This document shows, piece by piece, positions 24,949 to 32,000 of a stretch of 32,000 nt of DNA. The position numbers and the translations under genes were made by a program. Every line of letters begins with the position of its first letter. The first letter of the stretch is position 1. The stretch lies in NCBI RefSeq assembly GCF_008065095.1, contig NZ_CP042911.1:3990001-4022000 (forward strand), written 5' to 3'. Origin of the DNA: Gemmata obscuriglobus. Lineage in GTDB: Bacteria > Planctomycetota > Planctomycetia > Gemmatales > Gemmataceae. Below the pieces are notes generated by a model. That model saw only the letters and a list, made by a program, of their open reading frames with translations, did not search any database and was not told where the DNA came from.

Positions 24949-25845
24949 TTATGGGAAATACTGCGCCGTGACCCGGCGCAAGAACGCCAGCGACTCGGCC
25001 ATTTCGTCCATCCCGTTCATCCCGTCCTCGATACTAACCCACCCCTGATAGTTGTGTTCCGCCAGGATGCGGAAGATGGTTTCGAAGTCGTTCAGCCCCT
25101 TCCCTGTCACGCCGTGGCGCAGCTTGTCGAAGTAACCGATGGTGCCGTCTGTCTGGCGCAGGTCGTCGAGCGTGGCACCGTCCGCCAAGTAACGGTCGCT
25201 CGCGTGCATGCTGACGACGCGGTCGGCAACGGCCTTCAGGAGTTCCACGGGGTCGTCACCGGCCACGATCGCGTTGGACGGGTCGTACTGCACGCCGAAA
25301 TGCGTGCGGTCCGGGATCGCGTTGACAAGTTCAAGGAACACGTCCTTCTTTTGCGCGAACTCGGGGTACTTCCAGAACCCGTCCTTATAGTGGTTCTCCA
25401 ACCCCAGAATCACGTCGCACTCGCGCGCAACCGGCAGCACCGCGTTGATGCACTCGATCACCCACGCGAGCCCTTGAGCGCGTGAAACCTCCGGATAGCG
25501 GGGGCCGCTCAGCACCCGACACACGGCCCGCGGACCGCCGAGCCGGCGCGTCACCCGCACCATCTCGACCTCTTTCTCGATCGCACGCTTGCGGGCATCC
25601 GGGTCGGGGTTGGTGAAGTCCGGGGAGCAGCACAGCATCGGCATCGTACGCCCCGTCCGGGCGATGGCCTCACCGACGGAATCCAGGTAACCGGGCTCAA
25701 GAGAGGTGAAGAAGCCCTCGTACATTTCGAGGCCGTCACAGTCGAGTGTGCGGGCCGCCTCGATCCACTCGAAGACGGTCATCGTGCGCGTGCCAGCGAT
25801 GGCATCCAGGTAGCACTTCGGGAACGCGGAGATGCGAAGCGGCAT
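24949..25845 (-). CDS. sugar phosphate isomerase/epimerase (xylose isomerase-like TIM barrel)
   Basis: ATG at 25845 (MPLRISAFPKCY...); the track's 25869 start is a TTG. Contains LGLENHY, VQYDPSNA and WVSIEDG, typical of AP_endonuc_2/TIM-barrel family proteins. Confidence 0.8.
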   Translation of the reverse strand: MPLRISAFPKCYLDAIAGTRTMTVFEWIEAARTLDCDGLEMYEGFFTSLEPGYLDSVGEAIARTGRTMPMLCCSPDFTNPDPDARKRAIEKEVEMVRVTRRLGGPRAVCRVLSGPRYPEVSRAQGLAWVIECINAVLPVARECDVILGLENHYKDGFWKYPEFAQKKDVFLELVNAIPDRTHFGVQYDPSNAIVAGDDPVELLKAVADRVVSMHASDRYLADGATLDDLRQTDGTIGYFDKLRHGVTGKGLNDFETIFRILAEHNYQGWVSIEDGMNGMDEMAESLAFLRRVTAQYFP

Positions 25846-26362
25846 AAGTTCGTCTGTTTCGCGTTGCAAGGCTCAGGCAATAGTCGCCGCCAAACAAATC
25901 ACAAACGCAATCGCAGAATCATGTTGCGGAAAATCAACCAGATCGATCTGGACCTGATCTTTGTTCGTCCGGGAGCATTCTCCCGGTTTTAAGGGCGCGA
26001 TTCGGTGGTAGCAACGCGACCGCGAACGGGTAGCGAACCGGTAGTGCAGCGTCCGCGGGTGTCCCGTTGTGCCCCCAGCAGCACCTCAACTGGGCTGCTG
26101 TAACCCCCGTTACAGCGCCGCGGGCGAGGGCGAACGGCGCCCCCGCCGCGGCGGCTCATCTGCCAAGCAGATGGCACCGCGACCGTGTCCAGTCGTTTCC
26201 AGTCGGTGACGTGTGTGCCCCCGCCTGCTGACGCAGGTAGGTTTAGCCTCGGCGTGCTCCGGTTTCCCACGCGATCGCCAAGACCGCGCGAACTGGAAAC
26301 TACGGGGGGTCGATGTGACGCCGCCTCCGGTGAAAGATGGCGGGATGTCGAGCGCGCCGTTC

Positions 26363-26391
26363 GGTGTTGAGTCCCCGACGCACTCAACACC
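26363..26391 (-). terminator. stem-loop 17 nt downstream of the 26408-27160 gene (possible terminator, no U-tract)
   Basis: GGTGTTGAGT (26363-26372) pairs perfectly with ACTCAACACC (26382-26391) around a 9-nt loop. No T/U run follows on the minus strand, so terminator function is inferred only. Confidence 0.35.
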
Positions 26392-26407
26392 CGCTCCGCT
26401 AGGCAGT

Positions 26408-27160
26408 TCACTTCTTGAATTCGCTGTCGTCGAGCTTTTCGAAATACTTGGTTTCGGTGATTTCGGCGTCCAGGAACGCTTTGCCGTCGCGCTTCACAAC
26501 GATCTTCCGCGGGGCCAGCACCCCGTCCTTGTTCTTCGCGTAGTCGGACGGGAGCCGCTCCTCGGTGACCTCGTTGCCGGTGGCCTGGTCGGTGGTGCGG
26601 AACTCCAGTTTCGCGAGCAGCCCGGTCTCCTTGTCGAAGTACAAGCTCACGTCCTTCTGCCCTTTCTTCGCGACCCGCACGCCCACCACCTTCTTGTCCC
26701 CGACCTTGTCCTCGCCGATGGTGCTCAGCTCGAACGCCTTGTCTTTGAGGTTCACCAGCCGCGCCGCCTCCATCACGTTCGCCATGTCCGCGACCGCGTC
26801 CTTCACCTTGTCGGTCTGATCGATGGCATTCCCGTTCACCTCGAGCGTCACCTTGTCGCCGTTGATGATGGTCAGCACGTTGATCGTCTGCCCCATCACC
26901 TTCAGCTCCATTTGGTCCTTGAACTTGTTCGGGAGCATGTACATGACGTCCTGGCTGTAGTCCACCTCCCCCACCCCGGGCAGGTCGAGCTTGCCCTTCG
27001 ATTTGGTCTGCCCGGCCTTCTGCTTGGTAAGCAGTTCCTCGCCGCCGTGCGCCTTGATCGCTTTCGCGATCACGTCCTTCGGCTCGTCCGCGGCCCGTGC
27101 CGCCGGTGCGAGCGCGATCACCAGGGCAGCCACAGACATGACGGCCATTGAGCGAAACAT
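26408..27160 (-). CDS. secreted LolA-like / outer-membrane-lipoprotein-sorting-fold protein (hypothetical)
   Basis: 250 aa. Signal peptide MFRSMAVMSVAALVIALAPAARA, then a Lys-rich beta-strand pattern. GGAGG lies 7 nt upstream of the ATG. The fold assignment is a guess from composition and pattern. Confidence 0.6.
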   Translation of the reverse strand: MFRSMAVMSVAALVIALAPAARAADEPKDVIAKAIKAHGGEELLTKQKAGQTKSKGKLDLPGVGEVDYSQDVMYMLPNKFKDQMELKVMGQTINVLTIINGDKVTLEVNGNAIDQTDKVKDAVADMANVMEAARLVNLKDKAFELSTIGEDKVGDKKVVGVRVAKKGQKDVSLYFDKETGLLAKLEFRTTDQATGNEVTEERLPSDYAKNKDGVLAPRKIVVKRDGKAFLDAEITETKYFEKLDDSEFKK

Positions 27161-27256
27161 GCGAGCCTCCGTTCGGAAAGGGCGAGCTTAGGTGCTATTC
27201 GGGACCACAGGATGCACATTTCTCGCAAACCAGGACGACACCCAGAACCGGACAAT

Positions 27257-28186
27257 TCACGTCACCGAGAACATCAACGGTTTACCAGCCAGTCCGGCGA
27301 ACAGGTTTTGAACGGACAATTCGGCCATCCGGCGCCGCGTTTCCTCCGTCGCACTGCCCAGGTGCGGCGTAATGACGACGTTGTCGAGTTTCAGCAGCGG
27401 GTGGTCGCGCGGCAGCGGTTCCGGGTCGGTCACGTCCAGCGCCGCCGCGAACAGACGCCGCGCGGCAAGGGCGACAGCAAGGGCGTCCTTGTCCACCACC
27501 GCCCCGCGGGCCACGTTCACCAGCGTCGCGGTGGGTTTCATGAGCGCGAGTTCGGCGGCGCCGATGAAACCGCGCGTGTCGGGGGTGAGCGGGAGCGTCA
27601 GGACCACGTGGTCCGCGGTCGCGAGCAGTTCGTCCTTCGGCGCGTACCGCGCGCCGAGAACGATTTCCGCCTCGTCGCTCCGGTTCCGGTTGTGGTACAG
27701 CACCTTCATGCCGAACCCGTTCGCGCGTTTCGCGACCTGCCGCCCGATCCGCCCCATTCCGAAAATGCCGATGGTGCTTCCGTGGACCTCACGCCCCAGC
27801 ATGAACGAGGGGTCGTAGTGCGTGAACGCCGGGCCGCGGGCGTACCGGTCGCCCTCCACCACCCGCCGCCCCGCGGCCAGCAGCAGTGCGAACGCCAGGT
27901 CCGCTGTCGCCCCGTCGAGGATGCCGGGCGTGTTGCCCACCGGAATCCTTCGCTCGGCCGCGGCCCTCACATCAATGTGGTCCACGCCCACGCCGAAGTT
28001 GCTGATGACCTTGAGGTCCGGAAAGCGGTCCATCAGTTCCGCGCCCACGGGCGGGTGGCCGTAGGTGTAGACGGCGTCCACGCGCCCGGGCGCGGCGTCC
28101 CAGGGCACCAGTTCGACGAGCCCGCCTAGCAGATCGAGTACCGTCTGCGAAACCGGAAGGTCGGCGAGAACGCGGGGAAGCGACAT
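27257..28186 (-). CDS. D-isomer-specific 2-hydroxyacid dehydrogenase (glyoxylate/hydroxypyruvate reductase-like)
   Basis: Contains GSTIGIFGMGRIGRQVAKRANGFGMKVLYHNR (NAD-binding), LVNVARG, and AALDVTDPEP...NVVITPHLGSAT (catalytic His region). Confidence 0.85.
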   Translation of the reverse strand: MSLPRVLADLPVSQTVLDLLGGLVELVPWDAAPGRVDAVYTYGHPPVGAELMDRFPDLKVISNFGVGVDHIDVRAAAERRIPVGNTPGILDGATADLAFALLLAAGRRVVEGDRYARGPAFTHYDPSFMLGREVHGSTIGIFGMGRIGRQVAKRANGFGMKVLYHNRNRSDEAEIVLGARYAPKDELLATADHVVLTLPLTPDTRGFIGAAELALMKPTATLVNVARGAVVDKDALAVALAARRLFAAALDVTDPEPLPRDHPLLKLDNVVITPHLGSATEETRRRMAELSVQNLFAGLAGKPLMFSVT

Positions 28187-28405
28187 GACACAACCTCAAA
28201 GAATCAGGCCCGCGCCCCTGGCTGCAAGACCTTTGCCCTTGCAGGACCGGCCGCACGCACAAACCTCATTCTTAGCCCCCGGCGGCGCGGCTGTCTTGTG
28301 CGCCCGAGGGCGCGTGCCCGGGTGGCCGCTGGCTTGACTTCCGCTCCCGGCCGACCGAAACTGATTTTATCCTCCCTGCCCGCGCCACGTTTCAGGCACC
28401 CTCGC

Positions 28406-30742
28406 ATGCCGCACACGCTCCCGCACTTCGGTCTCACGCTCCTCGCGCTCGCGGCGCTGAACCCGGCCGCGTTCGCCCAGGAGAAAAAGGAAAAGAGCGG
28501 CGAGGTGATCTACCGCCAGATGTGCGCGAAGTGCCACGGGGCCAAGGGCGAAGGCGCGAAAGCCTACCCGGTGCCGCTAACGGGCGACAAATCGCTGACG
28601 CAGCTCGCCAAGGTGATCGACGACACGATGCCCGAGGGGTCGCCCGACCTGCTCGACGCCGCCGAGTCGCGCCGGGTCGCGGAGTACATGTACGACGCCT
28701 TCTACTCGCCGACCGCGCAGGCGAAGCTCAACCCGCCGCGCGTGGAGCTGTCGCGCCTCACGGTGAAGCAGTACCGCAACAGCATCGCCGACACGCTCGC
28801 GGGGTTCCGGCCCGCGGCGCCGAAGCCGGACGAGCGGCAGGGGCTCCGCGGCGAGTACTTCAACGCGCGCAACTTCCAGAACAACAAGCGCCAAATCGAC
28901 CGGCTCGACCCCGAGGTCAACTTCGACTTTGGCAAGGGACCGCCCAAAGCCGACGCTGAACTCAAAGAGAAGTTCGACGCTCACACGTTCTGCATCCGCT
29001 GGGAGGGCTCCGTGTGGGCGCCCGAAACCGGCGTATACGAATTTGTCGTGAAAACCGACCACGCGCTGCGCCTGTGGGTCAACGACAATAAGAAACCGGC
29101 CATCGACGCCTGGGTGAAATCGGGCAACGACACCGAGTTCAAAACGAGCGTGTACCTGCTTGCCGGTCGCGCGTACCCCATTCGCCTGGAGTTCTCGAAA
29201 GCGAAACAGGGCGTGGACGACTCGAAGACGAACCCGAACCCGCCGGTGAAACCCGCGTTCGTGTCGCTCAACTGGAAGCGGCCCAACCGCACGATCGAGC
29301 CCATCGCCACGCGCTACCTGACACCACAGAAGTTCCCCGAAGCGGCCGTGATCGAGTCCCCCTTCCCGCCTGATGACAGGAGCCTCGGCTGGGAGCGCGG
29401 CGCCACCATCTCGAAGGAGTGGGAGGCGGCCACCACCGAAGGCGCGATCGAAACCGCCGCCTACGTCCTCGCGAAGCTCCCCGAGTTGAGCGGCGCGCAA
29501 CCGAACGCCCCGGACCGCGCCGCGAAGCTCAAGGCGTTCTGCCGCACGTTCGCCGAGCGCGCCTTCCGCCGCCCCCTCTCGGAGCCCGAAAAGGTCCTGT
29601 TCGTGGACCGGCAGTTCGACGCCTCCGGGGGCGACCTCGAACTCGCGGTGAAGCGGGTGGTGCTGGTCGTGCTGAAGTCGCCGCGGTTCCTCTACCCCGA
29701 CGCCGACGGCACCTCACCGCCTTACGCCACCGCGTCGCGGCTCGCGTTCTCGCTGTGGGACGCTCCGCCCGATAAGGAACTGTTGGACGCCGCGGCCAAA
29801 AACAAACTCGGCACCTCGACCGAACTGCGCGCGCAGGCCGAGCGGATGCTCAACGACCCGCGGGCGAAGGCCAAGATGCGCGAGTTCCTGCTGACGTGGC
29901 TCAAACTCGACCAGGTGAAGGAACTGCCCAAGGACGCGAAACGGTTCCCGGGGTTTGACCACGACCTCGCGTCCGACCTTCGCACGTCGCTGGAACTGTC
30001 GCTCGATGACCTCCTGAGCAGCCCGAACGCGGACTTCCGGCAGTTGCTCCTAGCGGACGAGCTGTACCTGAACGGGCGCCTCGCCAAGTTCTACGGCGCG
30101 AACGTGCCGGCCGATTCCGGGTTCAAAAAGGTGAAACACGAGACCGACAAGCGGGCCGGCGTGCTGACGCACCCGTATGTCCTCGCGGCGCTCGCGTACG
30201 CCTCCGAGACCTCGCCGATCCACCGCGGGGTGTTCGTCGGGCGCGGGCTGCTGGGCATCGCCATCCGGCCGCCGATGGAGGCGTTCACGCCGCTCGCCCC
30301 GGACCTGCACCCGAACCTGACCACCCGCGAGCGGGTGCTGAAGCAAACCAGCCCGATGGCGTGCGCCGGGTGCCACACCGTCATGAACCCGCTCGGTTTC
30401 TCCCTCGAACAATTCGACGCGGTCGGAAAATTCCGCGAGAAGGACAACAACAAGCCCGTGGACGCCAGCGGGCTGTACGACACCCGGGCGGGCTCCACCG
30501 CAAAATTCACCGGCGCGAAGGAACTGGCGAAGTTCGTCGCCGGCAGCGAAGAGGCTCATTACGCCTTCGCGCAGCAGGCGTTCCATTACTTTGTGAAGCA
30601 GCCCGTGCGGGCCTACGGGCTTGCGAAACCCGAAGAGTTGCGGAAAATGTTTGCCGCGAACGGGCTGAACGTGCGAAAATTGATAGTGGAAATCGCCGTA
30701 ATCGGTGCTATGCCGAAGACAGGCGATAAACCGCCCAAGTAG
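28406..30742 (+). CDS. DUF1592/DUF1595/DUF1587/DUF1588/DUF1585-type planctomycete cytochrome c protein with an internal PA14-like domain
   Basis: I place the start at the ATG at 28406 (MPHTLPHFGLTLLALAALNPAAFAQ signal). It has a CAKCHG heme motif, a PA14-like segment GLRGEYFNARNF...FCIRWEGSVWAPETGVYEFVVKTDHALRLWVND, then RAGVLTHPYVLAALAYASETSPIHRGVFV (DUF1588) and CAGCHTVMNPLGFSLEQFDAVGKFRE (DUF1585). Confidence 0.85.
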   Translation: MPHTLPHFGLTLLALAALNPAAFAQEKKEKSGEVIYRQMCAKCHGAKGEGAKAYPVPLTGDKSLTQLAKVIDDTMPEGSPDLLDAAESRRVAEYMYDAFYSPTAQAKLNPPRVELSRLTVKQYRNSIADTLAGFRPAAPKPDERQGLRGEYFNARNFQNNKRQIDRLDPEVNFDFGKGPPKADAELKEKFDAHTFCIRWEGSVWAPETGVYEFVVKTDHALRLWVNDNKKPAIDAWVKSGNDTEFKTSVYLLAGRAYPIRLEFSKAKQGVDDSKTNPNPPVKPAFVSLNWKRPNRTIEPIATRYLTPQKFPEAAVIESPFPPDDRSLGWERGATISKEWEAATTEGAIETAAYVLAKLPELSGAQPNAPDRAAKLKAFCRTFAERAFRRPLSEPEKVLFVDRQFDASGGDLELAVKRVVLVVLKSPRFLYPDADGTSPPYATASRLAFSLWDAPPDKELLDAAAKNKLGTSTELRAQAERMLNDPRAKAKMREFLLTWLKLDQVKELPKDAKRFPGFDHDLASDLRTSLELSLDDLLSSPNADFRQLLLADELYLNGRLAKFYGANVPADSGFKKVKHETDKRAGVLTHPYVLAALAYASETSPIHRGVFVGRGLLGIAIRPPMEAFTPLAPDLHPNLTTRERVLKQTSPMACAGCHTVMNPLGFSLEQFDAVGKFREKDNNKPVDASGLYDTRAGSTAKFTGAKELAKFVAGSEEAHYAFAQQAFHYFVKQPVRAYGLAKPEELRKMFAANGLNVRKLIVEIAVIGAMPKTGDKPPK

Positions 30743-30814
30743 CCCGCCACCCTGAACAGCACGTCGCGCCGCCCGGCGACACCACCGAATACGATCCCAC
30801 CTGCGGAGCCTTGC

Positions 30815-32000
30815 ATGTCCCTGACCCGCAACCGGCGCGAGTTCGTGCGCGACCTCGGAATCAGCGCCGCGGCCGTGCCGTTCCTGCTCAACCTGCCGAG
30901 CCTCAGCTTCGCCAACCAGGGCAAGCGGAAGCAGCGGATCGTGTTCGTCTTCAGCCCGAACGGGATCGTCCCGAAGGACTTCTGGCCCGACGAAGAGGGG
31001 TCGGAGTTCAAGCTGAAGGAGATCCTCAAGCCGCTGGAGCCGTTCAAGAAGCAACTCCTCACGCTGCACGGGGTCTGTGACAAGATCCGCGGCGACGGCG
31101 ACGGCCACATGCGCGGCATCGGGTGTCTGCTCACCGGCATCGAACTGTACCCGGGCAACGTGCAGGGCGGCTCCGACACGCCGGCGGGGTGGGCAAAGGG
31201 CATCTCGATCGATCAGGAGATCCGCAACTACCTGCAAAAGGACCCGGCCACCAAGACCCGCTTCGGCTCGCTCGAACTCGGCGTGATGGTGCCGGACCGC
31301 GCCGACACCTGGACCCGCTGGAGCTACGCCGGCGCCAACAAACCGATCGCGCCGATCGACGACCCGTATCAGGTCTTCAATAAACTCTACGGCCGCGCGA
31401 AGGACAACGAGGCGCTCGCCAGCGTACTGGACATCGTGAAGGATGACCTCAAGAAGGTCGGGGACCGCGTCGGAACGGCCGACAAGAAGCTGCTCGACGA
31501 GCACGCGGCGTTCGTCCGCGAGATGGAGAAAGAGCTGAAGGAGCAGAAAGCGGTGGCGACCGTGGGCCACGCGGTTCCGCAACTGGAACCGGGCGTGCGC
31601 CGCGACAACGACAACATGCCGAAGATCGCCAAGGCGCAGATCGACCTGATGGTGAACAGCTTCGCCGCGGACTTCGCCCGGGTCGCGTCGCTCCAGATCA
31701 CGAACTCGGTGGGCATGCCGCGGATGAAGTGGCTGGACATCAACGAAGGGCACCACGAGCTGTCGCACGAGCCGGACAGCAACGAGAAGGCCCAAGAGAA
31801 GCTGGTGAAGATCAACAAGTGGTACTGCGAGCAGGTCGCCTACCTGGCCAAGCGGCTGAGCGAGACCAAGGAGCCCGGCGGGAACGGGTCGCTGCTCGAC
31901 AACACGCTGATCGTGTGGACCAACGAGTTGGGCAAGGGCAACTCGCACACGATGGACAACATCCCGTTCGTGCTGGTGGGCGGCGGGCTGGACTTCAAGA
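30815..32000 (+). CDS. DUF1552 domain protein, N-terminal 395 codons; continues past the window
   Basis: The frame is open from the ATG at 30815 to the window end (no stop, so it is absent from the track). Reads [27 protein letters not shown] (Tat-like signal) ...GDGDGHMRG...GHHELSHEP...[15 protein letters not shown]. This is the canonical partner of DUF1592-type proteins. Confidence 0.85.
   Translation, partial: MSLTRNRREFVRDLGISAAAVPFLLNLPSLSFANQGKRKQRIVFVFSPNGIVPKDFWPDEEGSEFKLKEILKPLEPFKKQLLTLHGVCDKIRGDGDGHMRGIGCLLTGIELYPGNVQGGSDTPAGWAKGISIDQEIRNYLQKDPATKTRFGSLELGVMVPDRADTWTRWSYAGANKPIAPIDDPYQVFNKLYGRAKDNEALASVLDIVKDDLKKVGDRVGTADKKLLDEHAAFVREMEKELKEQKAVATVGHAVPQLEPGVRRDNDNMPKIAKAQIDLMVNSFAADFARVASLQITNSVGMPRMKWLDINEGHHELSHEPDSNEKAQEKLVKINKWYCEQVAYLAKRLSETKEPGGNGSLLDNTLIVWTNELGKGNSHTMDNIPFVLVGGGLDFK

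Noticed and set aside
25870-26407. Known housekeeping ncRNA (RNase P RNA, tmRNA, SRP RNA, 6S) in the structured spacer
   Set aside because: Neither strand shows GGAAAGTCCGG or ACAGAACCCGGCTTA (RNase P), a tRNA-like GGTTCGAnTCC...CCA end (tmRNA), or the SRP GGAA tetraloop motif. Hairpins alone are not diagnostic.
30050-31948. 632-aa minus-strand ORF, and similar long ORFs elsewhere (72-725+, 3350-4444+, 16921-18486+, 18330-19397+, 21815-23683+, 23623-24750+, 27212-28129+, 28577-29500-)
   Set aside because: They lie antisense to, or out of frame with, genes that have clear family motifs. Their translations are Arg/Gly/Pro/Val-rich low-complexity strings typical of stop-poor alternate frames in high-GC DNA.
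1-32000. CRISPR arrays, tRNA/rRNA genes, integrases/prophage, toxin-antitoxin or defence-system gene sets
   Set aside because: I saw no regularly spaced direct repeats, no tRNA T-arm consensus in non-coding DNA, and no recombinase other than the IS transposases. The dGTPase-like and PIN/TRAM genes sit in a housekeeping-looking operon with no other defence hallmarks, so I do not call them a defence system.

Overview
High-GC (~65-70%) bacterial DNA. The gene content (DUF1501, a DUF1592/DUF1588-type cytochrome c protein paired with DUF1552, many IS copies) suggests a Planctomycetota, Gemmata-like genome; this is inference from recalled family motifs, not a search. There are three blocks. (1) 1-4537: a partial MlaD/Mce gene, a lipoprotein, a zinc-ribbon/TM/OB-fold protein, a membrane protein and a DUF1501 gene. 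(2) 4538-~16165: an ~11.6 kb stretch made almost entirely of insertion sequences, with at least 11 copies or fragments from about 7 families (IS4-like x2, ISAs1 x3, IS5, an ISH3/IS4-like element I call IS-C x2, IS66, IS3, ISAzo13). The left 7.8 kb is a four-level nest in which every inverted repeat and target-site duplication can be read and in-silico excision restores the host reading frames. The right 3.8 kb is a patchwork of truncated and inverted fragments. (3) 16171-32000: mostly minus-strand chromosomal genes. These are a CDF transporter plus two ABC-3 metal permeases, a TPR-like protein, a PIN/TRAM protein, a dGTPase-like HD hydrolase, a Gfo/Idh/MocA oxidoreductase, a sugar-phosphate isomerase/epimerase, a LolA-like secreted protein and a 2-hydroxyacid dehydrogenase, followed by the plus-strand DUF1592-family/DUF1552 pair. 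I found no rRNA, tRNA or CRISPR array, and no convincing novel multi-gene system such as a defence island. The observations most worth follow-up are the IS nest, a +1 frameshift shared at an equivalent C-run by two diverged ISAs1 copies (possible recoding), the inverted halves of an ISAzo13 gene sharing a 6-bp breakpoint repeat, and a ~200 bp low-GC near-perfect hairpin element filling an intergenic spacer. All family names come from motifs I recognise in the translations; none was checked by HMM or BLAST.
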